Part shown: in pieces, positions 11,101-20,965 of the stretch | How positions within the stretch are numbered: the stretch's first letter is position 1 | Layout: the number at the start of each line of letters is the position of its first letter | Assembly (NCBI GenBank): GCA_963823555.1 | Contig: CAWGMA010000001.1 | Location: 1,792,001 to 1,856,000 of the forward strand | Direction of reading: 5' to 3' | DNA length: 64,000 bases | Source: Candidatus Eiseniibacteriota bacterium | GTDB lineage: Bacteria; Eisenbacteria; RBG-16-71-46; CAVPCR01 | The notes under the pieces: generated by a model | The model's input: the letters and a program-made list of their open reading frames with translations, nothing else | Database searches by the model: none | What the model was told of the DNA's origin: nothing | Position numbers and translations under genes: made by a program

Positions 11101-11133
11101 CAGGGGCGACAGCATGCGCTTCGACTGGAACAC
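8121..11133 (-). CDS. Secreted Ig-repeat surface protein (~1000 aa) with FlgD/T9SS-type C-terminal sorting domain, one extra base near 8718
   Basis: GTG start with GGAGA RBS and a signal peptide. Repeated beta-rich modules. After the frame change, a Big1-like domain (ATLSAHVVDAYANGVPGEPVVF) and CTD NYPNPFHP...WDGRSGSGDLVASGGY...RKVAVVR. Confidence 0.85.
9050..11049 (-). repeat. Four ~115-aa intragenic protein repeats (LQVLLPGE...G..G...Q.AG..F.VTV.A.D..WN)
   Basis: Copies begin near 11049, 10380, 9735 and 9390, interleaved with a second module type (AG.P..TI.A.D..G). Confidence 0.85.
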
Positions 11134-11239
11134 GATGGCTTCTCCAGCAGTGGGTTCGACGGAAACGGAATACGCGCAACGGCCCAGGTAGGAATCGGGC
11201 AGACCATGCGCGCTCGTGCGTCACGAACCATGCAGGGAG

Positions 11240-11255
11240 AGCAGAGCGCGTGCCA
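11240..11255 (-). promoter_or_regulatory. Candidate sigma54 -24/-12 promoter
   Basis: Minus strand TGGCAC-GCGCT-CTGCT (GG-N10-GC), about 105 nt upstream of the 11133 start. Confidence 0.6.
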
Positions 11256-11491
11256 CACGGTGATGCACGACCGCTCTCGCATTCTGGAGCTGGGTGGCGA
11301 TGTCGCCGAAAGTGACCGTCAACACTCGACCGCACCATTGCGCTTCGCAAGAGGTGCGCCACAGCCCCCACCTGGACGGTGTCGACTGGGTGATCGTGCC
11401 GTGCGCCATGCAGCGCAGTGCCGGGCGCGAACTGCATGGTGACAGCCGCATCATGCAGCGCCTCGCGTCTTGCAGACCGTGGCCCAGGCTC

Positions 11492-13393
11492 TCAGCACAT
11501 GGCGAGGCCGCAGTTCGGGCAGCTGCGACAGCCTTCACCATGGATCAGGCGGCCGCCGCACTCCGGGCAGCGATCCCGGCGCGCGCCGAGCGGAGCCAGG
11601 GACAGCTCCTCCTGATGGGCCGGCGCCGGGGCGACATCCAGCCCCTGATCGACGCCGGCGATCGCCCGCGCTGCCGCTTCCCCGCGCTCGAGCACCTGGC
11701 TGTCACGGCTGCCGTCGCGGTAGACGGTGATCCCCTTCAGACCGAGGCGATGGGCCAGGAGATAGGCGGCGCGCACATCAGCGATCTCGGCCGAGCGCGG
11801 GAAGTTGATGGTCTTGGAAACCGCGTTCTCGGTGTGGCGCTGGAAAGCCGCCTGCATTCGCACGTGCCACTCCGGGGAGATATCGTAGGCAGTGCGAAAC
11901 AGCCGCTGTACGCGCTCCGGAACGTGCTCGAGCCCCTGCACACCGCCGGTATGGGCGATCGCGCGCATGAGCTCCTCGGCGTAGAACCCCTCCGCGCGGG
12001 CCATGCGGACGAAGGCTGGATGCACATAGACGAGCTCCCGGCCGTCCATGACCCGCTTGATGAAGCTGACCGCGAACAAGGGCTCGATGCCCGAGGAGCA
12101 GTCAGCGATCATGGCCAGGGTTCCGGTCGGTGCAACGGTCGTCACCGTGGCGTTCCGCCGCGGCTGGTCGCCGCGATACACCGAGCCGTCGAAGGCCGGG
12201 AACGGACCGCGCTCGCGGGCGAGCGCGACCGTGGCCTCGATGGCCGCCTCCTGCACCGCCTGCATGACGCGCTCGCCGAGGGCGATCCCTTCCTCCGAAT
12301 CGTAGGGAATGCCCAGCTCGATCAGGAGGTCGGCAAAGCCCATGACCCCGAGACCCACCTTGCGGTTTCGCTTGACGACGGCCTCGATCTCGGGGAGCGG
12401 ATAGCGATTGACATCGATGACGTCGTCGAGAAAGCGGATGGCGAGGCCAACCACCTCGGCCAGGCGGTCCCAGTCGACACCGCCGCCGCGCCCAAAGCAG
12501 GTCAGATTGATCGAACCGAGGTTGCACGCCTCGAAGGGCAGGAGCGGCTGCTCCCCGCAGGGGTTCGTGGCCTCGATCGGTCCCTGATCCGGCGTCGGAT
12601 TCTGTTCGTTCAGGCGGTCGAGAAAGACGAGCCCAGGGTCACCCGTGCGCCACGCATTGGCGACGATTCGGTCGAAGAGGGCAATGGCATCGATGCGGCC
12701 GACCACCGCCCCGCTCTGGGGATCGCGGAGGAGAAAGTCCCGCCCGGCCTCGACCGCGGCCATGAACTCCTCCGTCACACCCACCGACAGGTTGAAGTTG
12801 GTGAGCTCGCGGGGGTCGTTCTTGATATCGATGAACTCACCGATATCCGGGTGGTCGACGCGCAGGATGCCCATGTTGGCCCCTCGCCGCGTGCCGCCCT
12901 GTTTGATCGCCTCGGTGGCCCCATTGAACACGCGCAGGAAGGAGACCGGCCCCGAGGCCACACCGGAGGAGGAGCGAACGACCGACCCCCGCGGGCGCAG
13001 GCGGCTGAAGGCGAAGCCCGTGCCTCCCCCGGACTGATGGATGAGAGCGGCCTGCTTCAGCGTGTCGAAGATGCCCGTGAGGGAATCCTCGACCGGCAGG
13101 ACGAAGCAGGCGGCCAGCTGGCCGAGCGGCCGCCCGGCGTTCATGAGCGTGGGGCTGTTGGGGAGGAAGGCGCGGCGGCGCAGGATTTCCTCGAACCGCG
13201 TCGCGACCGCCTCGACCTGAGCGGCCGTCGCCCTGCCCACCTCGGCACCGGCCACGAACTGCGCCACCCGGCGCCACATGGTCTCCGGGGTCTCGATGAC
13301 CCGTCCAGCGGCGTCCCGGCTCAGATAGCGGCGCTCGAGGACCTCGCGGGCGTTGGCGCTCAATTCGGCGGCTGACTGCATAGTGACGATCAT
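11492..13393 (-). CDS. nrdJ: Adenosylcobalamin-dependent class II ribonucleotide reductase
   Basis: FLPNSPTLMNAG, ACFVL, GGGTGF, RRGANMG, ATNPCGEQPL, TTVAPTGT motifs and a C-terminal Cys-rich ribbon (CPECGG...EGCRSCPNCG...C). GGAGG RBS. Confidence 0.95.
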   Translation of the reverse strand: MIVTMQSAAELSANAREVLERRYLSRDAAGRVIETPETMWRRVAQFVAGAEVGRATAAQVEAVATRFEEILRRRAFLPNSPTLMNAGRPLGQLAACFVLPVEDSLTGIFDTLKQAALIHQSGGGTGFAFSRLRPRGSVVRSSSGVASGPVSFLRVFNGATEAIKQGGTRRGANMGILRVDHPDIGEFIDIKNDPRELTNFNLSVGVTEEFMAAVEAGRDFLLRDPQSGAVVGRIDAIALFDRIVANAWRTGDPGLVFLDRLNEQNPTPDQGPIEATNPCGEQPLLPFEACNLGSINLTCFGRGGGVDWDRLAEVVGLAIRFLDDVIDVNRYPLPEIEAVVKRNRKVGLGVMGFADLLIELGIPYDSEEGIALGERVMQAVQEAAIEATVALARERGPFPAFDGSVYRGDQPRRNATVTTVAPTGTLAMIADCSSGIEPLFAVSFIKRVMDGRELVYVHPAFVRMARAEGFYAEELMRAIAHTGGVQGLEHVPERVQRLFRTAYDISPEWHVRMQAAFQRHTENAVSKTINFPRSAEIADVRAAYLLAHRLGLKGITVYRDGSRDSQVLERGEAAARAIAGVDQGLDVAPAPAHQEELSLAPLGARRDRCPECGGRLIHGEGCRSCPNCGLAMC

Positions 13394-13418
13394 GTCCGGC
13401 CTCCGGCCACTTGACGAG

Positions 13419-13465
13419 ACGATACATTTGTATAGTTATCTTAGCACCGCGCTCTCCTGACGCAA
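13419..13465 (-). promoter_or_regulatory. sigma70-type nrdJ promoter with adjacent palindromic operator
   Basis: TTGCGT-N16-TAAGAT with an extended TG, followed by the AT-rich palindrome ACGATACA-TT-TGTATAGT (13419-13436). Confidence 0.6.
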
Positions 13466-13522
13466 GGGAAAATCGGGTGCGGGCGGCTGGCAGTCGGGGC
13501 GCGTGGCTGGGCTGGGAGCGAC

Positions 13523-14962
13523 CTAGTACAGAGCCAGCGCGCCCGCGGTGGCGAGCTGATAGAGGACGGCGGGGAAGACGCCCAGGTGCAGCGTGCCGTA
13601 GGTCGCGACCAGGACGGCCAGGGCGGGAGCCAGGGTAGTGCGCATGCCGCGGGTCCACGCCACGGCGGGCTCCTTCAGGAAGAGCGCGATGACGACGCGC
13701 AGGTAGTAGGCAGCGCCGATCACCGAATTGAGGAGCGCGATCACCGCGAGGCCGGTCAGGTTGGCGCGGATCGCCGCGCCGAACACGTAGAACTTGCCCA
13801 TGAAGCCGGCCGTCGGTGGGATGCCGGCGAGAGAGAACATGAACAAGGCGAGCGCCGCCGCCAGGAGCGGGCGCTCGACGGCGAGTCCGGCGTAGTCGTC
13901 GATCTGCGTCCCCCTGCCCTCGCGCTCGAAGATGGCGACCACGGCGAAGGCTCCGAGGTTCATCAGGGCGTACGCCACGAGGTAGAAGAGGATGCCCGAG
14001 GTCCCGAACTCATCGCCCGCCGCCACCCCGACCAAGAGGTAGCCGGCGTGTGCGATCGAGGAGTAGGCCAGCAGTCGCTTCAAGCTGCGCTGCACCACGG
14101 CCAGGACGTTACCCACCGTCATGGTGAGGATCGCCATCACGGTCCACAAGGACTGCACGTGTTCGGCCAGCGGGAACAGGCCGACATCGAACACGCGCAG
14201 GAGCGCGGCGAAGGCTCCGGCCTTGGGTACCACGGCCATGAAGGCGGTGATGATCGTTGGAGCTCCTTCGTAGACATCGGGCGTCCACATGTGGAAGGGC
14301 ACCGCAGCGATCTTGAAGCCGAGCCCGACGATGACGAGGGCCATGCCGGCCATGACCAGGATCCCGCTGGCCTGCCCCATCTCGAGCACCAGCGCGATGC
14401 CGCGCAGACTCGTGGTCCCCGTCGCTCCGTAGAGCAACGCGATCCCGTACAGCAGGAAAGACGAGGCGAAAGCGCCGAGCAACAGGTACTTGAGACAGGA
14501 CTCCTCCGCCGGTAGATCGCGCCGGTAGCCCGCGAGAACGTAGAGCGCGATCGAATGCACCTCGAGGCCGAGGAAGACGATGAGGAAATCATCGGCCGCC
14601 GCCATCAGCAGGGCACCCAGACCCGAGAAGAGGAGCAGCGCGTAGAATTCGCCCGAATGCAGGCGGAACCGTTGGGCGTAGTCCGGAGCCATCAGGAGCA
14701 CGATCGCGAGCGCGGCGAGCAACAGCGCCCGCATGAACTGGGTGAACGCATCGATGGCGATCATCCCGGCTCCCACCACCGCTGCGTCGCCGCCCTGCCG
14801 CGTCATCGCCAGGGCGGCGACAGCCACCACGGCGAGGGACATGATCCAGGCCACTCGGCCATGCTGGCCGCGGGCATCGACGAGGAGCACGAGCAGGGCC
14901 CCCAGCGTGAGCAGGATCTCAGGGAGCAGGAGGCCCAGGGATAGATCCGGCATCTCGATCAT
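13523..14962 (-). CDS. nuoN: NADH-quinone oxidoreductase subunit N
   Basis: GFKIAAVPFHMWTPDVYEGAP and KRLLAYSSIAHAGY motifs. ATGA overlap with nuoM. Confidence 0.95.
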   Translation of the reverse strand: MIEMPDLSLGLLLPEILLTLGALLVLLVDARGQHGRVAWIMSLAVVAVAALAMTRQGGDAAVVGAGMIAIDAFTQFMRALLLAALAIVLLMAPDYAQRFRLHSGEFYALLLFSGLGALLMAAADDFLIVFLGLEVHSIALYVLAGYRRDLPAEESCLKYLLLGAFASSFLLYGIALLYGATGTTSLRGIALVLEMGQASGILVMAGMALVIVGLGFKIAAVPFHMWTPDVYEGAPTIITAFMAVVPKAGAFAALLRVFDVGLFPLAEHVQSLWTVMAILTMTVGNVLAVVQRSLKRLLAYSSIAHAGYLLVGVAAGDEFGTSGILFYLVAYALMNLGAFAVVAIFEREGRGTQIDDYAGLAVERPLLAAALALFMFSLAGIPPTAGFMGKFYVFGAAIRANLTGLAVIALLNSVIGAAYYLRVVIALFLKEPAVAWTRGMRTTLAPALAVLVATYGTLHLGVFPAVLYQLATAGALALY

Positions 14963-16536
14963 GGATTCACTCCCACGCCGAGGATCTTGGCGTCGACCAC
15001 GACCCCGTCGGAACCGCCATCCGCTGCGGCCCATGGCGCGCCCGCCGCGTCGAGGGCGGCCTCACGCGCACTCATGTCGAGAAGGAGGCGATCCACCGCC
15101 GCCTCAGCCGGACGGGTGAAGAAGTGCGGCTTCACACCGATCGCGAACACGAGGAGCAAGAGCGGCAAGAGGGATACGATCTCGCGGGCCTTCAGATCAG
15201 CGATGTCGCGCGCCGCCCCTCCCACCTCGCCGAAGAACACCCGCCGCACCATCCACAGCATGTAGCCGGCGCCGAGCACGACACCCGTCGCTCCCAGAAT
15301 GCCATAGAGCGCGCGATCCTTGAATACGCCGAAGAGGATCAGGAACTCGCCGGCAAAGCCATTCGTGCTCGGGAGCCCGATCGATGCCAGCACGAAGACC
15401 ATGGCGATGGCACTGAATACAGGCATGGCCCGCGCCACTCCCGAGAAGTCGGCGATCATACGCGTATGCGTCCGATCGTAGAGCATGCCCACGAGGAGGA
15501 AGAGCGCCCCGGTGTTGATCCCATGGTTCACCATCTGCAGGATTCCGCCGATGATCCCCTCCGGGTTCATGGCGAAGAGACCGAGAATGACGAATCCGAG
15601 ATGTGAGACGCTCGAGTAGGCCACGAGCTTCTTGAGATCGGTCTGGGCCAGTGCCATCAGAGCACCGTAGATGATGCCGGCGATGGCCAGCCACGCGAGT
15701 AGCGGCGCCAGATCCACGCTGGCCCGCGGGAAGAACGGGAGGCAGAAGCGGAGGAAACCGTAGGTGCCCATCTTGAGGAGCACCCCGGCCAGGATGACCG
15801 ACCCGCCGGTGGGCGCCTCGACATGGGCGTCCGGAAGCCAGGTGTGGAACGGCAGGAGCGGCACCTTGATGGCGAAGGCCACCGCGAAGGCGAGGAATAG
15901 CCAGCGCTCGAGACCTGCACCGACCATGACCGTACGCAGCACCTCGTAGTCGAAGCTCATCTGGCCCGTCTCGCGGGCACCCATGAAGGCCAGGATCAGG
16001 ATGGCGGCGAGCATGAGCACGCTGCCTGCCATGGTATAGAGGAAGAACTTGACCGCGGCATAGATGCGGCGGCCGCCTCCCCAGATCCCGATCAGGAAGT
16101 ACATCGGGATCAACATGGCCTCCCAGAAGACATAGAAGAGGAGCATATCCAGAGCCATGAAGACGCCGAGCATCGCCGCCTCGAGGATGAGGAAGAAGGC
16201 GAGATAGCTCCGGAGCCTGCTCTTGATCGACCAGCTCGTTCCGAGGAGCGCGAGCGGGGTCAGAACGGCCGTCAACATCACCAGCAGGAGTGAGATGCCG
16301 TCGATGCCAACGTGATAGGTCGCTCCGACGGCGTTGATCCAGGGCACCTGGCGCTCGAACTGCACGAGGGGCGACGAAGCATCGAATCCGCTCCAGACCT
16401 GGAGCACGACGGCGAGCGCGAGGAGCGAGCCGAGGAGGGCCAGCCCGCGCTGGAGCCCGGCCGCTCCTCCCGGCATGAGGAGGATGAGGATCCCGGTCAG
16501 GGCCGGGATGGCGATGGCTAAGCTCAGGGGATCCAT
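14959..16536 (-). CDS. nuoM: NADH-quinone oxidoreductase subunit M
   Basis: GIDGISL, FYVFWEAMLIPMY, PFHTWLPDAHVEAP and KKLVAYSSVSH motifs. Confidence 0.95.
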   Translation of the reverse strand: MDPLSLAIAIPALTGILILLMPGGAAGLQRGLALLGSLLALAVVLQVWSGFDASSPLVQFERQVPWINAVGATYHVGIDGISLLLVMLTAVLTPLALLGTSWSIKSRLRSYLAFFLILEAAMLGVFMALDMLLFYVFWEAMLIPMYFLIGIWGGGRRIYAAVKFFLYTMAGSVLMLAAILILAFMGARETGQMSFDYEVLRTVMVGAGLERWLFLAFAVAFAIKVPLLPFHTWLPDAHVEAPTGGSVILAGVLLKMGTYGFLRFCLPFFPRASVDLAPLLAWLAIAGIIYGALMALAQTDLKKLVAYSSVSHLGFVILGLFAMNPEGIIGGILQMVNHGINTGALFLLVGMLYDRTHTRMIADFSGVARAMPVFSAIAMVFVLASIGLPSTNGFAGEFLILFGVFKDRALYGILGATGVVLGAGYMLWMVRRVFFGEVGGAARDIADLKAREIVSLLPLLLLVFAIGVKPHFFTRPAEAAVDRLLLDMSAREAALDAAGAPWAAADGGSDGVVVDAKILGVGVNP

Positions 16537-18452
16537 CACGACCTCCACGCCAGACCGAGGATGATGACCACCCCGAGGAGCAACACCAGCGCGTACCGCC
16601 GGACATAGCCCGATTGCACGATTCGCAGGCGCTCGGCCGTTCCGCGGATCAGAGCCGCTGTGCCGTTCACCATGCCATCGATGATGGCGAGGTCGAAATC
16701 CCGGTACAGGAATCCCGACAGCACGACCAGCGGCCGCACGACCAGGGCCTGGTAGATCTCGTCGAAGTAGTACTTGTTCGAGAACAAGGAGTAGGGCGCG
16801 GCGAACCGCTCGCGTAATGAGGTGGCGAGCGCCGGCCGCCACAGATAGGCCATGAGACCGAGGACGACGCCGGCGACAGCCACCGCCAGCGAGATCCCGG
16901 CGAGGCCGAGCTCGAGCCCGTGGCTCGCATGCCCGTGTTGCGCCGTCAGCGCAATATGCTCGGCATCGGCGAACACAGGGGCGAGGAAGGTGCCGAAGCG
17001 GTTACCGCCCTCGATGAAGGGAATGCCGACCCAGCCGCCAATCACCGAGAGCACCGCCAGCGCGACGAGCACGATCGCCATCGACGGCGGGGCTTCATGG
17101 GGGTGCGCGTGGGAATCGAGCCGGCTCTCGCCGTAGAAGGTGAGCGCCATCAGACGGAACATGTAGAAGGCGGTGAGCAACGCGCCGCCGAGACCGAGCG
17201 CCCAGAACAGAGGCCCGCGGGCCAGGAAGGTCTCGAAGAGGATCTCGTCCTTCGAGAAGAAGCCGGCGAGCGGGAAGATCCCGGCGATGGCCAGCGAACC
17301 GACGAGGAAGGTGACATGGGTCACTGGGAGCCGGCTCTTGAGCGCTCCCATCCGCCGCATGTCCTGCTCGCCGTGAAGGGCGTGAATGACGCTCCCTGAC
17401 CCGAGAAAGAGCAAGGCCTTGAAGAAGGCGTGCGTCATCAAGTGGAAGATGGCGGCGGCGAAGGCGCCCACGCCGCACCCCAGGAACATGTACCCGAGCT
17501 GCGAGATGGTCGAATAGGCGAGCACCCGCTTGATGTCGTTCTGAGTGAGCGCGATGGTGGCCGCCATGAGCGCCGTGGCCAGGCCGACGATCGCGACGAC
17601 CGCGAGCGCAGCCGGGGCCATCAGGTAGAGGACATGCGTGCGGGCGACCAGGTAGACGCCGGCGGTGACCATCGTTGCGGCATGGATGAGCGCCGACACC
17701 GGCGTCGGACCTTCCATGGCGTCGGGTAGCCAGACATGGAGGGGAATCTGCGCCGACTTCCCCGTGGCTCCGATGAACAGGAGGATGGCGATCGTCGTCA
17801 CCAGCGCCCCACCGGGAACCAGCTCCCGCGGCGCACGCTCGAGCACCACGGCCAGATCGAGGCTCGAGAAGTGAGTGGCGATGAGGAAGAGACCGATCAG
17901 GAATGCGAGGTCACCCACCCGGTTGACCAGGAATGCCTTCATGCCGGCGGTCGGCGGCGCCGGCTTCGTGAACCAGAAGCCGATCAGGAGGTACGAGCAG
18001 AGGCCCACACCCTCCCAGCCGAGAAAGAGGAGGAGCAGGTTCCCGCCGAGCACCAGGCAGAGCATGGCGAGGAGAAAGAGGTTGAGGTAGGCAAAGTAGC
18101 GCCACTCCCCGCCCTCATCGCCCCGCATGTATCCGAGCGAATAGACATGGATCAGGAAGCCGACGCCGGTGACGACAAGCACCATCACCGCGGAGAGCGC
18201 GTCGAGCCGGAAGGTGAGGGCTGTGGAGAGGCTGCCGGCGCTGATCCAGTCGCCGAGCGACGCCTCGAGCACCCGGGCGTCCGGTGGCAACGGAAGCAGG
18301 AGCCGTACGGCGCTCACCGCAGCCAGGAAGGCTCCGAGCGCGGCCAGGACCCCCAGGGCACCGGCCACCCGCGCCGGGAGCCGGAAGCCGACGATCCCGT
18401 TCACCAGGAAACCGAGCAGGGGGAATAGCGGCATCAGGAGGAGCGGGCTCAT
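16536..18452 (-). CDS. nuoL: NADH-quinone oxidoreductase subunit L
   Basis: [48 protein letters not shown] and [10 protein letters not shown] motifs. Confidence 0.96.
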   Translation of the reverse strand: MSPLLLMPLFPLLGFLVNGIVGFRLPARVAGALGVLAALGAFLAAVSAVRLLLPLPPDARVLEASLGDWISAGSLSTALTFRLDALSAVMVLVVTGVGFLIHVYSLGYMRGDEGGEWRYFAYLNLFLLAMLCLVLGGNLLLLFLGWEGVGLCSYLLIGFWFTKPAPPTAGMKAFLVNRVGDLAFLIGLFLIATHFSSLDLAVVLERAPRELVPGGALVTTIAILLFIGATGKSAQIPLHVWLPDAMEGPTPVSALIHAATMVTAGVYLVARTHVLYLMAPAALAVVAIVGLATALMAATIALTQNDIKRVLAYSTISQLGYMFLGCGVGAFAAAIFHLMTHAFFKALLFLGSGSVIHALHGEQDMRRMGALKSRLPVTHVTFLVGSLAIAGIFPLAGFFSKDEILFETFLARGPLFWALGLGGALLTAFYMFRLMALTFYGESRLDSHAHPHEAPPSMAIVLVALAVLSVIGGWVGIPFIEGGNRFGTFLAPVFADAEHIALTAQHGHASHGLELGLAGISLAVAVAGVVLGLMAYLWRPALATSLRERFAAPYSLFSNKYYFDEIYQALVVRPLVVLSGFLYRDFDLAIIDGMVNGTAALIRGTAERLRIVQSGYVRRYALVLLLGVVIILGLAWRS

Positions 18453-18503
18453 GGCTTGCCCCCGCACCGAGCGCGCAAGAGCGCGTCACCGGTGGCGCTC
18501 GCG

Positions 18504-18806
18504 CTAGAACTTGAGCAGGTTGATCTGATCCACATCGGTTGTGGCTCGATTCCGGAAGATGGCGACGATGATCCCCAGCCCGACGACGACCTCGGCCGCC
18601 GCGACGGCAAGAGAGAAGAAGACGATGGCCTGACCGTCGATCGAGCCGAGCAGGCGCGAGAATGCGACGAAGGTGAGGTTCACCGCATTGAGCATGAGCT
18701 CGATGCACATGAAGATGATGATTGCCTCGCGACGGATGACTACCCCGACGAGACCGATCGCAAACATCACGGCGGCCAGGTAGAGAAAGGCAGGCGCGGA
18801 GATCAT
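18504..18806 (-). CDS. nuoK: NADH-quinone oxidoreductase subunit K
   Basis: [10 protein letters not shown] and [11 protein letters not shown] motifs, 100 aa. Confidence 0.95.
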   Translation of the reverse strand: MISAPAFLYLAAVMFAIGLVGVVIRREAIIIFMCIELMLNAVNLTFVAFSRLLGSIDGQAIVFFSLAVAAAEVVVGLGIIVAIFRNRATTDVDQINLLKF

Positions 18807-19423
18807 CGGCGGTCCTCCCCGGCCGCGAGTTCCATGCCGGCCCCTTCCGCCGGCGCCTGGCCCTCTCCATTCCAGCCGCTGTCGCTGCCGCTCACGCCGG
18901 GCGGCGCATAGGCCGACTCCGGCCCCGCCTGGGCGCGACGGGCGAGGACCACCGCCCCCACCATACCGACGACCAGGAGGATGGAGACGATCTCGAACGG
19001 GATCAGGTAGCGGGTGAAGAGCACGCCGGACACGGCCTCCACCGAGCCGAAGCCCTCGGGGACCGGCAGGTTGAGATCACCGAGATAGGATCCGGTCGCC
19101 ACCACCGCCGCCAGCTGCCCGGCCACGAGTGCGGCCAGCACGAGGGCGAGGATGAGCGGCCCCCGGCGGCGTTCGAGCAAGATCTCCTGTCTCAAGCTCA
19201 GGAACATGATCACGAAGAGGAAGAGGACGACGATAGCCCCGGCGTAGACGATGATCTGCACAGCCGCCACGAAGGGCGCGTCGAGCAGGACGAAGGCCAC
19301 CGCCGTGGCCGCGAACACGACCACCATGTAGAGCGCGGAGTAGACGGGGTTCTTGTGCCCGATCATGGCCACCGAGGCTCCGATGGCGACGAGCGCGAGC
19401 AGACCGAAGAGGACCACACCCAT
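18803..19423 (-). CDS. nuoJ: NADH-quinone oxidoreductase subunit J
   Basis: [26 protein letters not shown] and PFEIVSILL motifs. Confidence 0.95.
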   Translation of the reverse strand: MGVVLFGLLALVAIGASVAMIGHKNPVYSALYMVVVFAATAVAFVLLDAPFVAAVQIIVYAGAIVVLFLFVIMFLSLRQEILLERRRGPLILALVLAALVAGQLAAVVATGSYLGDLNLPVPEGFGSVEAVSGVLFTRYLIPFEIVSILLVVGMVGAVVLARRAQAGPESAYAPPGVSGSDSGWNGEGQAPAEGAGMELAAGEDRR

Positions 19424-20434
19424 CTAGCCCTGCCTCCAGACGACGATGAACCCGGTCACCGCGATGTTGAGGAGCGCGAGCGGCAACAGCACCTTCCAGC
19501 CGAACTGCATCAGCTGGTCATAGCGGAACCGCGGCAGGGTGCCGCGCACCCAGATGAAGACGAACAGGAGCACGACCACCTTGGCCAGGAACCAGAACGG
19601 TCCGAGCCAGGGCGAGTCGAGCCCGAAGGGACCCTGATACCCACCCAGGAAGAGCGTGGTCGCGATCGCCGCCACGGTGATGAGGGCGATGTACTCGGCC
19701 AGGAAGAAGAAGGCGAACTTGAAACCCGAGTACTCGACATGATAGCCGGCAACCAGCTCGGCCTCGGCCTCGGGGAGATCGAAGGGGATGCGATTGGTCT
19801 CGGCCAGCGCCGACACCAGGTAGATGACGAAGGCCAGCGGTTGCAGGAAGATGAACCACATGTCGCTCTGCGCCTCGACGATGCCGCGCATGCGCAGCGT
19901 GCCGGCGAGCATCAAGGGGCCGACGAGCGCGAGCCCCAGCGAGAGCTCGTAGCTGACCATCTGCGCCGAACTCCTGAGCCCCCCGAGAAGCGAGAACTTG
20001 TTGTTCGAGGCCCATCCGCCGAGGATGAGTCCATAGACCCCGAGCGAGGCGATGGCCAGAACATAGAGGATCCCGATGTTGAGATCGGCGATGTAGAAAT
20101 GGATGGTGTGGCCGAAGACGGTCACCGACTGCCCGAAGGGAATGACGGCGATCGCCGACAGGGCCGCGGCGACCGTGAGTCCCGGCGCCAGGGTGAACAG
20201 CGCCCGGTCGGCGCCGTCGGGGATCACGTCTTCCTTGAGGAAGAGCTTGAGCACGTCAGCGATCGGTTGCAGCAAGCCATGCGGTCCGACGTAGAGGGGC
20301 CCGCGGCGAATCTGGATGTGCGCGAGCACCTTGCGTTCGAGCCAGACCAGATAGGCCACCATCCCCAGGAGGACACCGAAGATGATCGCGACCTTGAGCG
20401 CGGTGGCGCCGAGCGTGCCGAGCACATCCATCAT
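19424..20434 (-). CDS. nuoH: NADH-quinone oxidoreductase subunit H
   Basis: ERKVLAHIQIRRGP, GLLQPIADVLKL, ETNRIPFDLPEAEAELVAGY and PRFRYDQLM motifs. Confidence 0.96.
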   Translation of the reverse strand: MMDVLGTLGATALKVAIIFGVLLGMVAYLVWLERKVLAHIQIRRGPLYVGPHGLLQPIADVLKLFLKEDVIPDGADRALFTLAPGLTVAAALSAIAVIPFGQSVTVFGHTIHFYIADLNIGILYVLAIASLGVYGLILGGWASNNKFSLLGGLRSSAQMVSYELSLGLALVGPLMLAGTLRMRGIVEAQSDMWFIFLQPLAFVIYLVSALAETNRIPFDLPEAEAELVAGYHVEYSGFKFAFFFLAEYIALITVAAIATTLFLGGYQGPFGLDSPWLGPFWFLAKVVVLLFVFIWVRGTLPRFRYDQLMQFGWKVLLPLALLNIAVTGFIVVWRQG

Positions 20435-20485
20435 GGTCCGAATTCCACCCTCGCCTCTCGCCCCCCGACCGAATCCCGGACTCGA

Positions 20486-20950
20486 CTACAAACCACCGAG
20501 GATCTCGTCGACTCTCTCGGGGGTCAGGTTCTCGTGGTAATCCTCGTTCAGCTGCATGACCGGCGCGGTGCCGCACGATCCCAGGCACTCGACGGCCATC
20601 AGGGTGAACTTGCCGTCCTTGGTCGTCTCCCCGATACCGATGCCGAGCTTGGCCTCCAGATGCCTGAGCAAGGGGTTCGCGCCCATGATGAAGCAGGAGA
20701 TCGACCGGCAGACCTGGATCAGGTACTTGCCCACCGGCCGCGTGTTGATCATGGTGTAGAAGGTCGCGACCTCCTCGACTTCCATGGGGTGCAGGTCGAA
20801 GGCCGTGGCGATGTCACGCATGGCCTCCCGATCGACGCACCCGCGCGACTCCTGCACGATGCGAAGCGCCGGAATGAGGGCGCTGCGCCGGACCGGGAAC
20901 TCAGCGGCTGCTCTCTCGATGGCGGCCTTCTCCGCCTCACGTAGTGCCAT
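20486..20950 (-). CDS. nuoE: NADH-quinone oxidoreductase subunit E ([2Fe-2S])
   Basis: VATFYTM, QVCRSISC and ECLGSCGTAP motifs, with all four cluster Cys. Confidence 0.93.
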   Translation of the reverse strand: MALREAEKAAIERAAAEFPVRRSALIPALRIVQESRGCVDREAMRDIATAFDLHPMEVEEVATFYTMINTRPVGKYLIQVCRSISCFIMGANPLLRHLEAKLGIGIGETTKDGKFTLMAVECLGSCGTAPVMQLNEDYHENLTPERVDEILGGL

Positions 20951-20965
20951 CGCCTCCCCGCGTGA

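Noticed and set aside
13394..13522. Tandem NrdR boxes or a cobalamin riboswitch upstream of nrdJ
   Set aside because: Only one palindrome is present and it does not fit acaCwAtATaTwGtgt. The leader is too short for a riboswitch.
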